This document shows, piece by piece, positions 18,310 to 28,547 of a stretch of 64,000 nt of DNA. Source of the DNA: an uncultured virus (IMG/VR IMGVR_UViG_3300045836_000189). Lineage: Duplodnaviria > Heunggongvirae > Uroviricota > Caudoviricetes. Position numbers and translations under genes: made by a program. The notes beneath the pieces are model-generated. The model had not been told where the DNA came from, ran no database searches, and saw only the letters and a program-made list of their open reading frames with translations. The stretch is from positions 62,001 to 126,000 of the IMG/VR virus record IMGVR_UViG_3300045836_000189. One strand, given 5' to 3'. Each line of letters opens with the position of its first letter. Position 1 is the first letter of the stretch.

Positions 18310-20292
18310 TTATTTCTTCCAATAGGTGGATAGCTCCGGTTCTGCTTTCAGCGGCACCCGTTTGCAGTAGATCTCTCCTGCTTTACACATGGAGGTTCCT
18401 ACCACTTCAGCTATCTGTTCTTTCATGCTCAACGGGCATTCCAGGACGTTTTCGTCATGGACTGTATTGACAAACTTTACTATCCCGAACAGGTTATTGT
18501 CCAGGATATAATCAAAGATGTACACGCAGGAGATCTTGGTGATCTCTGCTGAGGATCCTTGTATTGGGAAGTTCAGTGACTTCCGTTCTATGTCCCCCTT
18601 GTACCTGAAATACTTGCTGACCATTTCCTTCAGGGCCGGGAAGTCCTGTGTCTTCAGGTCCTTGGCCCTGCGGTATCTTTCCCAGAAGTCCTTATCCATT
18701 TTGCTTTCCAGGTCTTTAAACTCCTGGAAGAACGTGATGTAGCTTTTCCTTCTGGTGATGCTATTGATCAGGATGTAACCATCCTTGAGACCCTGTTTCT
18801 TTACCTGATCGAAGTAGGTCTTCAGACCGGGGAATGCCTGGAAATAGGCGTCGTAGATCTTGTTCCCTTCTTCCAGTGTAATGCCCAGGTTCTCCGCTAT
18901 GGTAATGCCCTGACCTCCGTAGTTGATAGCAAATCCTGCTGATTTTGCTGATTGTCTTTTTGCTTTGTGCTTGTCTTTGATCTCGTCCAGTGAGAGTCCT
19001 TCCAGTTCCGGATACATCTTTGAGGCCACGAAGGAGTGCATGTCTGCCAGCCCGTTGTCATAAAACTCCAGGAGGTTCTTATCCATTGCCCGGTTAGCCA
19101 GCACAATCTGTTCCTGGCCGCTGTAGTCAGAAATGATAAGAGTGTTACCATCTTCTGCCACAAAGCAGGCCCGTGTCTCTTTATCCGATGGGATGTTCTG
19201 GAAGTTGATGTTGGTTTCTCCTGTGGCCTTATCCTGTCCTCCGGAAGAGATCCTTCCTGTATCCAGGATCTGTTTGAAGCTGGTATGCAGTCTTCCGGTG
19301 GCCGGGTTGATCTGGTCTATGAAGTTCTGTCCATAGGTGGTAACCACCTTCTCTGCTTTCTTGTACTCCAGATAGAGCTTCACAATGTCATGTGAGTTCT
19401 GATACTTGGAGATTACGGAAGCTTCAATGGATTTTTTCCTCACACCCTTCTCTACCACGGTCACATCCAGTCCGATACTTTCAAACAGCTCGATCACCTG
19501 CTGGGAAGAGCTCCAGTTGATGGTACATCCTACAGGCTCGAACAGGTCCAGCTGTGCAGAGATGAACTTCTGAAGTCCCTTGGTAAGCACCCACTCATTG
19601 AGTTTATCCTCGGCTTCCCTTAAACGCTGGCTGTCCTTGTTCATCTTGAACAGCCACTTGTCCACATCCAGCTTGAACCCACAGTATTCTATGTAGGCCA
19701 GTACCGGAGTGAACCGGTTCTCGATGTTCATGGCACCCATCAGGTCATTTTCACGAAGGATCCTTTGCTGCTCCTCCATGATACGGGGGAGATACTTAAT
19801 ATCATCCGCAGAGTACATGAGTACACGATCAGTGAGTCCTTCTTTTTTGATGTTGGTCCTGATGGATTTATCCAGGCTGACACCCAGATAGCGTTGGGCC
19901 AGTGCGTCCAGGCCAGCCTTGGCCAGCTTATCCCCGCAGTTGATCACCTTCTCGGCCACAAACGTGTCCCAGATCCTGCGTGGATAGATTCCGTGTTTGT
20001 ACAGGTACTTGAGGTCAAACTTGAGGTTCTGGCCTACAATGATCTTGCTTTCCAGATAGGGCTTTAACCAGCTGAGATCCATTCCTGCTGCACAATCTAT
20101 AATATACTGGTCCTTATCATTGCCGATCTGCAGACAGATCAGGTCTTCCCGGTGTGCGTCAAGACCAGTGGTCTCACTGTCCAGGCAGATGGTATCTGTT
20201 GAGTTCAGAAAGTCAATGATATTGTGTTTGTAACAAGGCACTGCTACCTGTGAAGGCACAGTGGTTGTCTGGTTGGAATATAAGAAGATCAT
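18310..20292 (-). CDS. polA: DNA polymerase family A with 3'-5' exonuclease domain
   Basis: ExoI DSETTG, ExoII NLKFD, ExoIII YSADD; motif A DYSGQE, motif B RQSAKSAGFAINYG, motif C VHDE. Confidence 0.95.
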   Translation of the reverse strand: MIFLYSNQTTTVPSQVAVPCYKHNIIDFLNSTDTICLDSETTGLDAHREDLICLQIGNDKDQYIIDCAAGMDLSWLKPYLESKIIVGQNLKFDLKYLYKHGIYPRRIWDTFVAEKVINCGDKLAKAGLDALAQRYLGVSLDKSIRTNIKKEGLTDRVLMYSADDIKYLPRIMEEQQRILRENDLMGAMNIENRFTPVLAYIEYCGFKLDVDKWLFKMNKDSQRLREAEDKLNEWVLTKGLQKFISAQLDLFEPVGCTINWSSSQQVIELFESIGLDVTVVEKGVRKKSIEASVISKYQNSHDIVKLYLEYKKAEKVVTTYGQNFIDQINPATGRLHTSFKQILDTGRISSGGQDKATGETNINFQNIPSDKETRACFVAEDGNTLIISDYSGQEQIVLANRAMDKNLLEFYDNGLADMHSFVASKMYPELEGLSLDEIKDKHKAKRQSAKSAGFAINYGGQGITIAENLGITLEEGNKIYDAYFQAFPGLKTYFDQVKKQGLKDGYILINSITRRKSYITFFQEFKDLESKMDKDFWERYRRAKDLKTQDFPALKEMVSKYFRYKGDIERKSLNFPIQGSSAEITKISCVYIFDYILDNNLFGIVKFVNTVHDENVLECPLSMKEQIAEVVGTSMCKAGEIYCKRVPLKAEPELSTYWKK

Positions 20293-20376
20293 AGTAGGGC
20301 GGATTCTTTGGGTAAAAAGAAAGGGAGTATAATTTAACCTATACCCCCTCCTTTGTCTTAGGCAGAAATCAAAGTC

Positions 20377-20814
20377 TTAAGCTTCTGCTGGCTCAAGCTC
20401 TTCTTGAACCGCACTGTAACCTGCGGTTACAACAGGGGCTGTGTAAGCCTCATCCAGGAAAGCCTGATAGTCAAAGCTGCTTTCATCAATGATAGCAAAG
20501 TGCTTAATGAAGAACTCAATGTCCTTGCGGTCACGGATGAAGTATTCATAGTAAGTGTCCACAGTTACACGCTGCTCTTTGTACGGCTTTCTTGTGGGAC
20601 GTGGTTTTCCTTTTACCTCGTCTATGTCACCATTGTCATTGAGACGTGGCAGCATATGAAAGCTTTCCTTTTTTTCTTTACCTACAATGGCCAGGATCCT
20701 TTCTTTGGGATCAAAGATGGCTTCATTATAAGGGCAGTCCAGTGTAGCGGGGATCAACTTAAAGGTGGGTTGGTCCTTCCATTCGGAAGCAACCAGGATC
20801 ATGTTCTTGGTCAT
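20377..20814 (-). CDS. Conserved hypothetical phage protein
   Basis: 145-aa ORF in the replication block. Confidence 0.65.
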   Translation of the reverse strand: MTKNMILVASEWKDQPTFKLIPATLDCPYNEAIFDPKERILAIVGKEKKESFHMLPRLNDNGDIDEVKGKPRPTRKPYKEQRVTVDTYYEYFIRDRKDIEFFIKHFAIIDESSFDYQAFLDEAYTAPVVTAGYSAVQEELEPAEA

Positions 20815-20843
20815 TGGTGTTATTCTACAAGTTGTTCTACAAA

Positions 20844-21404
20844 TTAAAATAATTCTCCTGACTTCTCCAAAATTTTTGTAGAAAAAACCAGCTTCTCCTT
20901 CTCCGGATTAAAGGCATCACAGAGCTCTCCTGAGCTGGCTACTATCTCTTTAGGAACTTCCAGCAGTTTGCTATACAGGTCAAAGTACTTTTCAGGGTAC
21001 AGATAGGTGTCCATGTACTCATATTCTGGAGAGGACTCTCCATAATAGATCTTTACGGCATTCTTGAAGGGCTCCGAGAGCCGGGAATACCGCCCAGTGA
21101 GAAAAATATCCCAGTCCTCATCATGTAACTCATAGTCAAAGATGTACAGGCTGGGCTCTCCGGGATGGATGTCACTGTCCATGAAAAGGGGATTGCTGTA
21201 TAGGAGCTTGTTTTCAAATTCTTCATACTTTGCGGTCTGCTCATGCTGGAACAGGCATACCAGCTTACGGTCTGTAGGCTGGATCTTGCCCTCCAATCCA
21301 ACAAAGGTCTGTATGGGGGCAAAGGAAGATCGTGGGATCCCCAGTGCTGGATACAGGAAAGAACGTGACTTTTGAAAATACTTTTTATACAGAGTATCAA
21401 TCAT
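20844..21404 (-). CDS. Conserved hypothetical phage protein
   Basis: QKSRSFLYPALG...FLTGRYS; replication block. Confidence 0.65.
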   Translation of the reverse strand: MIDTLYKKYFQKSRSFLYPALGIPRSSFAPIQTFVGLEGKIQPTDRKLVCLFQHEQTAKYEEFENKLLYSNPLFMDSDIHPGEPSLYIFDYELHDEDWDIFLTGRYSRLSEPFKNAVKIYYGESSPEYEYMDTYLYPEKYFDLYSKLLEVPKEIVASSGELCDAFNPEKEKLVFSTKILEKSGELF

Positions 21405-21418
21405 AAATAATTCAGAGG

Positions 21419-22444
21419 TTATAAGATTACCAGTTCCTTGTCAAATTCATAGGGCAATTCATATCTTTTGGTTTGAAAATGATACTGGGCAACGGGTAAT
21501 ACGTCCTTGGTAAACCGTTCCAGCCATAGATTACGTGTAGCCTCTGATACCGGGAAGGGATATACGTTAAAGAACTGGTCTATCACAATGAAGTGAAACT
21601 TCAGCTCATATCCCTTCTCCAGCAGCTCAAGGTACTTGTGTGATACCATGATCATATAGAGTACAGCCTGCAGCCAGTAGTTATAATACTCCACGCTCTC
21701 CTTGAAATCCTTGAGGGCCTTTGACGTGGTCTTGAAGTCATTGATGTAGATAATCTTGTTATCATGGTCAATCTTCAGGTTGTCAATGATCCCCTTGAAC
21801 CCGAAGGGGCAGCCGGATATGTTAGCTTCCATGTACTCTTCATTGAAGACCTCCACATGGTCAAAATCATCCTGATCCAGACCCAGCAGGTGTACTACCC
21901 TGGGATAGGTCTTGACCACATCCACCGCATCCTGACAGTATTTTAGGGTCTCATTGTCTATGAGGTCCCTGCCTTCTTTTTTCTTGAGGAACTCCCAGTA
22001 GTTGGAAGCTTCTTTGGTGATCACCTTACTGAGCTTGTCCTTGTCGGATTTGATCAGCTGGTAGTAGTTCATATCCCTCATCACTTCCAGGATCTCCTGG
22101 GAAAAGTCCTCAAACTTCAGTGACGGATCTGCTTTGTGCATATACCGTGTCTTGAAGTAGACTTTATCCACCAGGGTCTTGCTCATGCCGGAAGGGAGTG
22201 TAACCGGGGATACAACAAAGTTCTCTTCAAAAGATTTGTCATCCAGAAGTAAACAATGGATAAGTCTTCCTTCTATAAGGTGCTTGTCCGTCTTGTCTTC
22301 CTTGTTGCCCAGCACATAAAGCTGGTAGAAGACTGCCGGGGAGTACAAGAGCTTACAAAGGCTACTGTAGGAAAAGCGGAATGGTTTACTGTAGAATTCC
22401 TCCTCCAGGTAATTAACTGATTCTGCTAATAGATCGTCTAACAT
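21419..22444 (-). CDS. PD-(D/E)XK exonuclease (RecE/DUF3799-like)
   Basis: FSYSSL...GRLIHCLLL...FKGIIDNL...INDFKT...YWLQAVLY; start adjusted to MLDDLL. Confidence 0.85.
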   Translation of the reverse strand: MLDDLLAESVNYLEEEFYSKPFRFSYSSLCKLLYSPAVFYQLYVLGNKEDKTDKHLIEGRLIHCLLLDDKSFEENFVVSPVTLPSGMSKTLVDKVYFKTRYMHKADPSLKFEDFSQEILEVMRDMNYYQLIKSDKDKLSKVITKEASNYWEFLKKKEGRDLIDNETLKYCQDAVDVVKTYPRVVHLLGLDQDDFDHVEVFNEEYMEANISGCPFGFKGIIDNLKIDHDNKIIYINDFKTTSKALKDFKESVEYYNYWLQAVLYMIMVSHKYLELLEKGYELKFHFIVIDQFFNVYPFPVSEATRNLWLERFTKDVLPVAQYHFQTKRYELPYEFDKELVIL

Positions 22445-22478
22445 ATAATATAGGGTTTGGATGCAGCTCTGTCTGGAC

Positions 22479-22661
22479 TTAGTCCTTGAACCAAATCCGT
22501 TCTTCACGGTAAGAGGCTTTTTCCCCTTCCCGCTGATGGTTAACCGAAATACCTACTTCGTTATGGGTGATAACGGTGGTGATATTCTCTGACTTAATTG
22601 TGATAACGTCACCCGGTCCGGTGACAATGGTGATGTCCTTCTTGCTTTCGGATACATCCAT
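22479..22661 (-). CDS. Small hypothetical protein
   Basis: ORF track. Confidence 0.45.
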   Translation of the reverse strand: MDVSESKKDITIVTGPGDVITIKSENITTVITHNEVGISVNHQREGEKASYREERIWFKD

Positions 22662-22762
22662 GGTTTAAGATTTATTTTGTTTGCCACACTTTTTACAGCA
22701 TAGTGTGGCTGGATCAAAATTCCGGTTCATCCTGCAGCTGTTGCAGTACTGGTAAAGGGTTA

Positions 22763-23068
22763 TCATGCTCTTTTGTACTTGTTCGGGTCCATTCCCGTGA
22801 TCCTGGAGAAGGCACTGCTTACGTGCCACTCCGATGGTTTGTAATAGCACTCCAGGAACTTGTCCGGATCCTTTCCGGGCTTGATCAGCTCATGGGTAAT
22901 GCCCAGATCCTGCATCAGTTCATCACTGAAGCTGATATGGGACGCATTGAAGTAGAGCCAGGTCATGTACTGTTTCCCGGTACGATGCTGAAGGATCTGC
23001 TCCACTGTTCTCCCGGCATGGTATCCAAACTCAATCCGGGACCTGTACGTTAGTTTTCTGAGTTGCAT
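22763..23068 (-). CDS. Small protein with FG(K/Y)HxG motif (ExoX C-terminal/DUF3820-like)
   Basis: IEFGYHAGRTVEQI...QYMTWL. Confidence 0.6.
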   Translation of the reverse strand: MQLRKLTYRSRIEFGYHAGRTVEQILQHRTGKQYMTWLYFNASHISFSDELMQDLGITHELIKPGKDPDKFLECYYKPSEWHVSSAFSRITGMDPNKYKRA

Positions 23069-23078
23069 AGTGAATTGA

Positions 23079-23525
23079 TTAGTTACAGTTCTCCATATCC
23101 CTGGAATAGAATTTCCCAAGGATGTTTCCATTGTAGGAATTAGTCTTTAATACATCGTACTTGATCTGATAGGCCAGCTCACAATACCCTAAATACTTCT
23201 TACTGCAGCACAGCTCAATGATCTCCCGTTTGAAATGCTTCCTTCCCAGCTTCTCCACATCCTTTTTCAGCTCAATGGAGCTTCCGTAATACGATTGCCA
23301 GTCAGATTCCTTGACCACGGTCTTGAATGTCTTCCGGGTCTTGGTTTCCAGCTTCTCTTTTTTAGAGATCTTCGTCTTGCGGGAATGATGCAGGCTTTTC
23401 TTGCCTATGTAAATGGCTCCGGTCACCAGGTTGGTGATCTTGTATACGAAGCCCACAACATTTTCCTGGTTGGGAAGGTCTTCCAGGGTACGGATCTCTC
23501 TTCCTCTGTATATCCAACTCTCCAT
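23079..23525 (-). CDS. GIY-YIG endonuclease (free-standing)
   Basis: GFVYKITNLVTGAIYIGKK...YYGSS...FKREII...E...YNGN. Confidence 0.85.
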   Translation of the reverse strand: MESWIYRGREIRTLEDLPNQENVVGFVYKITNLVTGAIYIGKKSLHHSRKTKISKKEKLETKTRKTFKTVVKESDWQSYYGSSIELKKDVEKLGRKHFKREIIELCCSKKYLGYCELAYQIKYDVLKTNSYNGNILGKFYSRDMENCN

Positions 23526-23561
23526 AATGTATTCCTAATTCTACAAATATAGAGCTAACCT

Positions 23562-24545
23562 CTACAAATCACAAATCTTATTGTCTATTAAAGGCACCAG
23601 CCGTTCCTGTACCGTCCTGGGACCATGATCCCTGGTGGCATCTGCCGGATCCTTGGAAAGGGTCAGCAGGATAGCAGGGGTCTTGTACTCCTCCCGGTAC
23701 TTTTTCATGGCCTTGATGCCCGCTTCGTCATTATCAAACAACACCAGGACACGCTTGTACTGTTTTTTCCATTTGTCCATAAGCTCTTTGGGGATCATGG
23801 TATTCTCACTGTCAGGAGCCACCAGGTCAATCCTCAAATTGAGGCTCTTAATGGCCATCAGGTCCTTGAGGGAAGAGGTGATCAGTAAATAGTCCTTACC
23901 ACTGAGCTGGTCAGAGCCCTGGATATAGCTTTTTACTTTGATGAACTTCCTGTCCCGGACCTTGGGCTGATAGATCTTATAGAGTTCCCCGGTCTTGGTG
24001 AAGTATCCATAAAGATGAGAGCCGGTAATGTTGATGCATTTCTGCTGTCCCTGCTCTTCTTTGCTCATTACATAGCTTTCCAGGGGACGTACACAGTAAT
24101 GTTCCAACATCCGGGATCCAATGTTGAACTGGGTCCAGAACTTCTGGTCATCTGAGTTCCATCCTCTGAGCTTGAATGCGGTTACCTTGTACCTGGAGTG
24201 TTCCCGGAACTCTTCCACATCATACCCTCCCTTGTTGTGCAGGGTATAATCATTATAATCCTCCACGATCCTGCGTGCCGCACGCTTGAAGTCCAGCTGG
24301 TGTTTGATCTGGACCAGGTCTACAGCATCCCCTTTGGTTCCCGTGGAGAAATCATTGAACATGTATTTCCCCTTGGTCTTGCTCCAGAAGATATGAAAGC
24401 TTGGAGTCTTGTCATCCGGATTGAACGGAGAATGGATCATCAGATCCTGGCCCTTCAGTTTCTCCGGGAGCCTGCAATAGTGTTCAAAGATCCATGTAGG
24501 AGGTACTTCTTTATAGTCATTGACAAGGTGTTTGGTGGATAGCAT
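23562..24545 (-). CDS. DNA primase, crAss-like DnaG type
   Basis: Degenerate zinc-binding region SPFNPDDKTPSF...NDFSTG; TOPRIM with ITSSLKD and FDNDEAG. Confidence 0.85.
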   Translation of the reverse strand: MLSTKHLVNDYKEVPPTWIFEHYCRLPEKLKGQDLMIHSPFNPDDKTPSFHIFWSKTKGKYMFNDFSTGTKGDAVDLVQIKHQLDFKRAARRIVEDYNDYTLHNKGGYDVEEFREHSRYKVTAFKLRGWNSDDQKFWTQFNIGSRMLEHYCVRPLESYVMSKEEQGQQKCINITGSHLYGYFTKTGELYKIYQPKVRDRKFIKVKSYIQGSDQLSGKDYLLITSSLKDLMAIKSLNLRIDLVAPDSENTMIPKELMDKWKKQYKRVLVLFDNDEAGIKAMKKYREEYKTPAILLTLSKDPADATRDHGPRTVQERLVPLIDNKICDL

Positions 24546-24566
24546 ACGTACACGTTTGGTCTCTAC

Positions 24567-24610
24567 AAAAAGGGGGGAGCAGCTGCCACGCCTACTCCCC
24601 CTTTCTTTTT
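24567..24610. terminator. Intrinsic terminator
   Basis: GGGGGAG...CTCCCCC stem flanked by A and T tracts. Confidence 0.6.
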
Positions 24611-24623
24611 ACCTGTTCAGGAA

Positions 24624-25295
24624 TTAGAGTTTGAACTCATCTTCCAGGACAGTGGTTGACTCTTGGGTTGGCTCAAAGGAATCCAAAGGCTTGGCAGCCG
24701 TTTTGCCTACGATGTGAATATTCGGATCAAAAGACATCAGCTTGCTTTTAGCCGGGTCTACGGTCTGTGGCTCGAAAGCATACTTACCGTCTTTGGATGC
24801 TGGGAAGAACAGGTTATACTGTTTGTAACCATTCTTCTCATACTCTTTGCCTGCAATCACTGCATTGATATAAGTGTCCCCACTTAATACATGGGAAGCC
24901 TCTGCTACGAACTCCTCAATGGTGTCAGCCTCGATCTGATCCAGCTGCTCCTTTCTTCCCAGGGCAACTGCCAGGGCGGAAAGAGCTTTCAGGATGTCCT
25001 GATCCCGGTTCTTTTTATAACCGGTCTTGGTAACACCATCTTTGTAAGCAAACTGGCTCATTTGCACACGACCAATCTGGCCACGGAAGCGGGGCCCGGT
25101 TGGATCATTGCGGTCAATGAGGAAGCCTTCAAAGTCGTCACCCAGGTCAGGACCTTCCACGGAAAGGTTAACATGATAAGAATCCGCTTCATATCCCTTA
25201 CCAAGAGAGATTTCAAGGATTTTGATTTCATGCTTTCCTGGGTTTAAGCCTTTTGGAATTCTTGCAGATTCTGAGATGTTCTTTGTACTTAACAT
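24624..25295 (-). CDS. Probable single-stranded DNA-binding protein
   Basis: Beta-rich, acidic C-terminus ending EDEFKL; lies between the Sak4-like ATPase and the primase. Confidence 0.5.
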   Translation of the reverse strand: MLSTKNISESARIPKGLNPGKHEIKILEISLGKGYEADSYHVNLSVEGPDLGDDFEGFLIDRNDPTGPRFRGQIGRVQMSQFAYKDGVTKTGYKKNRDQDILKALSALAVALGRKEQLDQIEADTIEEFVAEASHVLSGDTYINAVIAGKEYEKNGYKQYNLFFPASKDGKYAFEPQTVDPAKSKLMSFDPNIHIVGKTAAKPLDSFEPTQESTTVLEDEFKL

Positions 25296-25351
25296 AAATG
25301 GTTTGAATTAATGAATAGTGTGTATTGGATGAATGAATTAAGCTTTGGTAA

Positions 25352-26170
25352 TTAGTCAATGTAGATTTTCTCCCAGTAGGTTACCAGCATACCATCTACT
25401 TCTTCTGACAGGGTGATCTCCTGGCCCCTTAAATGGTCCGGACGGGCACCACAGTTTACCTCGTCTGAGGTCTTGAATGAAAGCACGGTCTTCTTTCCCT
25501 TGCGTGCCAGGTAGCCAATGGCATCTGCTTTTGATGATGCTATACGCTTGATCTTACCAGTCAGGTCAATGTCTGCCGTGGTGAACGTGGTATCGTTCTT
25601 ATCCAGGTAAATGTCCTTGATGTGACCACTGAGGATCATTCTGGGAGCAAAGGTTTGGATGTAGTCCGTCACCTTCTCAAAGGCAATGCGTAACCAGCGG
25701 TAACCCAGACCTTCCGGCAGGGATAAAAGATCTCCGTATTTCTGTTTTCCGGATTCCTCTCCAGGTTTACCTACGAACCAGTACTTACCGATAGCTGTTT
25801 TGCTGTACAGCTCCTCTGCATAGGCCACGCAAAGGTCCTCCAGGGCAGTAGACGTATCAACGGCTACATAGTCATAAGGATTCCCGGCATCTTTAATGGC
25901 CTTTCCGATCTCCACCAGGTAATATTTGTTCTGGGCATAACGCTTGGTCTTTTGCTCGTCTGTCTCCTTGGGAGGGTTGATGCCAATGATCTTCACCTTT
26001 AAGGCATCTACATAGTCAGATCCGTCCTCAAAATCCAGGATCAGGCAGTTGGGAAGCTTACTGAGTAGAGTAGTCTTTCCCACCTTTGGTTTGGAGAACA
26101 TGATCAGTCTCTTGGGGGACTTGATCTCGGACATGATTACGGTTGTAGGTAATGCAATAGTTGGAGTCAT
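25352..26170 (-). CDS. Sak4-like (AAA_24) ssDNA-annealing ATPase
   Basis: SKPKVGKTT Walker A; LILDFEDG; VAVDT; ILSGH; ADAIGY. Confidence 0.8.
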   Translation of the reverse strand: MTPTIALPTTVIMSEIKSPKRLIMFSKPKVGKTTLLSKLPNCLILDFEDGSDYVDALKVKIIGINPPKETDEQKTKRYAQNKYYLVEIGKAIKDAGNPYDYVAVDTSTALEDLCVAYAEELYSKTAIGKYWFVGKPGEESGKQKYGDLLSLPEGLGYRWLRIAFEKVTDYIQTFAPRMILSGHIKDIYLDKNDTTFTTADIDLTGKIKRIASSKADAIGYLARKGKKTVLSFKTSDEVNCGARPDHLRGQEITLSEEVDGMLVTYWEKIYID

Positions 26171-26192
26171 ATAATTTAATAATTTTTACTGA

Positions 26193-26723
26193 TTAAGTTA
26201 GCTGATCAATCATGTCATTCAGCCAGGGCTTTTCGGATACAGGACGCTGCCAGATGATGGCTGCAAAATCCCGGATAGTCATTTTGTTGATGTGATCATC
26301 CTGCTTTACGGATCCTTCCTGGATACCCTCAAGGTTGATCTCCTGGGTGATCTTTTTAAAGGTCACTGGCTTCACCTCTTCCAGGTTCTCAAGGGGAACC
26401 GCGTAAGATCCTGATGAAAGCATACCAAACACATTTTCAAAGTTTTCTATAGGGGGAAGACGGTAAAGCTTTCTTTCCGGATCTGTAGGATCCAGGGCTT
26501 TGTCCACGAACTCAATGTAGAAGCCATTCTTCTTGGTGAATTCATTGGGGAAGATGCCTACCACCTTCTGGCCTTTGTCATAGAATACCAGCTTTACGTT
26601 AAAGTCTGCATCAGGGACCCGGTAATGTTCCAGCACCTGACGATGGTACTCCCGGTGATTATTGATCTTTTCTTTTTTCTGAGCAGCGGTCAGTGTTACG
26701 CTCTTACTTGCTGTTGTTATCAT
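26193..26723 (-). CDS. Hypothetical protein
   Basis: C-terminal MTIRDFAAI...PVSEKPWLNDMI. Confidence 0.65.
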   Translation of the reverse strand: MITTASKSVTLTAAQKKEKINNHREYHRQVLEHYRVPDADFNVKLVFYDKGQKVVGIFPNEFTKKNGFYIEFVDKALDPTDPERKLYRLPPIENFENVFGMLSSGSYAVPLENLEEVKPVTFKKITQEINLEGIQEGSVKQDDHINKMTIRDFAAIIWQRPVSEKPWLNDMIDQLT

Positions 26724-26735
26724 GGTGTGAATTGA

Positions 26736-27743
26736 TTACGGATTAAAACCTGCTGTACTGAGTGATTGGGGTTGTTGGTTTCTTCTGCGGGCACCAACCT
26801 GTCTCTGAGGAGGGGTTGCTACTTCCACGATGGTCATGTGCTCAAACTCTGCCCTGAAAAAACAAAGCCTGTTGTCCCCGTTGCGTGTCTTTAAGAAATG
26901 CAGGGCAAGGGTACGGTCATCCACTTCAAACTGCTCCGGGCCATATACGTCTATACTATACAGTGAGGGACGGTTAATGGCCACAAGAAGGTCAGAGTGC
27001 TGCAGCAGTGCATCTGCTCCGAACACGTCTGCTGAAGTAGGATAGTTCCCTATGGTCCCTGGTATCTTCCTTGCCTGTTCCTCTATGCTCCTGTTCATCT
27101 GGGTGAGTACGATGAAGAGAACCGGGAGCTTCTTCTTAAGCTTGGTCATCATCTTTCCCAGGGAGTTCAGGGTATCCTGCACATCCTTTTCATCTGCTGC
27201 TTTGGCAATCAGCACACTGTGGTCAACGGTGACGATAACAGGCTTGTTGACAAACTTGATAAACTCAATAATGGTTCTTTCCATCTCAGCCACCGTCATA
27301 GGACTATCAATCTGGTAGATCTCCTGGTGTGCAGAGTGTTTTGCATAGAATTTGAGCTTCTCCATATCTTCATCAGGCAGGGGAGCATCAACGGATAATA
27401 AATCTTTGTAGGACTTGTGGATCACGGCAGAGAACTCCCGTACCCCAGTGGTCTCACTTTTCATCTCAAACTGAAAATCCAGGACAGCAAAGTCCTGCTT
27501 GGGGTTCAGCTTGTGGGCATTGCGTGTGATCTCATTAACAATAAGTGTCTTTCCAGAACCTGGCCTCCCTGCAATGGTGGTAATACTACCCCATTCCAGC
27601 CCACCAATTCCGGCATCATTGAACTTCTTCCACTTCGTCCGGATGGATTCTATTAATCCAGCCTTACGCTTTTCCATATACTCCAGTGCATCCTTGCGGA
27701 TCTCACTGATGTGTTTCCATTTGGTCCTCGGATCTACACTCAT
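26736..27743 (-). CDS. dnaB: DnaB-like replicative helicase (C-terminal ATPase domain only)
   Basis: AGRPGSGKT, FQFEM, TVDH, LTQMNR, LKTRNG. Confidence 0.9.
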   Translation of the reverse strand: MSVDPRTKWKHISEIRKDALEYMEKRKAGLIESIRTKWKKFNDAGIGGLEWGSITTIAGRPGSGKTLIVNEITRNAHKLNPKQDFAVLDFQFEMKSETTGVREFSAVIHKSYKDLLSVDAPLPDEDMEKLKFYAKHSAHQEIYQIDSPMTVAEMERTIIEFIKFVNKPVIVTVDHSVLIAKAADEKDVQDTLNSLGKMMTKLKKKLPVLFIVLTQMNRSIEEQARKIPGTIGNYPTSADVFGADALLQHSDLLVAINRPSLYSIDVYGPEQFEVDDRTLALHFLKTRNGDNRLCFFRAEFEHMTIVEVATPPQRQVGARRRNQQPQSLSTAGFNP

Positions 27744-27751
27744 TGTGATGG

Positions 27752-27958
27752 TTACTTGAATACTTCGTCAGCTATTTGTTCTGCTCTTTTCATTCCGGCA
27801 TTCTCCCCATAGAAGAAAGCCTTCTCCATCATCTTGTCAACGGCCAGCTTGAAGCCGTCAAAGCTGATGGCACGAATCTGTTGTCCATCCAGGTCAGGAG
27901 ACAGGCTGACCGTGGTGCCGAGGAATAGCTCCTCCAGCTCCTGTTCATGTGTCTGCAT
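27752..27958 (-). CDS. Small hypothetical protein
   Basis: ORF track. Confidence 0.55.
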   Translation of the reverse strand: MQTHEQELEELFLGTTVSLSPDLDGQQIRAISFDGFKLAVDKMMEKAFFYGENAGMKRAEQIADEVFK

Positions 27959-27968
27959 AATTGTTTCC

Positions 27969-28547
27969 TTAGCTTACATTATACATGGACTTCTTGGGTG
28001 CCGCAACATCCCCGTCTTCCAGGAGCATTTGGCAGTAAGAAGCCAGTTCTGAATCTCCATCCTTTGAGATGAAGTAACCTGCTGTCCTCATGTAGTTGTA
28101 GTCCTGCTTACGGAAATGCTCCACGTAAGACTCTGTTGCATCCAGGACAAGATCCCAGTCATAGCTGGGGTTGTCTATGAAGAACTGACTCATCTTCTTT
28201 TTGAGTTCATTCAGGTTGGTTCTGGCCGGTTTTCCTGTAGGGAGATTTCCCTTAGGGAAGATATTTCTGAACTCCTCCAGACGGGCCATGAATTCCGGAG
28301 TGTCAAATAGTACTTTCTTTTTCTTGGCAGCCCTAAATAGTTTATCAGCGTCAGACAGCAGCTTCAAGGCTTTCGGCTGCAGCTCGTTCTGTGTATTGAT
28401 CCATCCTGATTTCTGGCATAGTAAGAGCTCCGCATTCAGAGACGGAAGCAGTACTGATGGCCTGATCTTTTCGTGGATGCAATGCAATAACAGAAGCTGA
28501 TTGGGTGTTATCTTCTGCTGTATCAGCAGGTTGATGAGTTCTTGCAT
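27969..28547 (-). CDS. Putative replication-associated protein
   Basis: Upstream of dnaB; FRNIFP...YMRTAGYFISK. Confidence 0.55.
   Translation of the reverse strand: MQELINLLIQQKITPNQLLLLHCIHEKIRPSVLLPSLNAELLLCQKSGWINTQNELQPKALKLLSDADKLFRAAKKKKVLFDTPEFMARLEEFRNIFPKGNLPTGKPARTNLNELKKKMSQFFIDNPSYDWDLVLDATESYVEHFRKQDYNYMRTAGYFISKDGDSELASYCQMLLEDGDVAAPKKSMYNVS

Noticed and set aside
18310..20292. Intein or intron in PolA or the RNAP
   Set aside because: No intein terminal motifs or frame breaks were seen, and the PolA length is normal.
23562..24545. Primase pseudogene (no CHC2 cysteines; SSLKD instead of EGxxD)
   Set aside because: The ORF is intact, and such substitutions are typical of crAss-like primases as I recall them.
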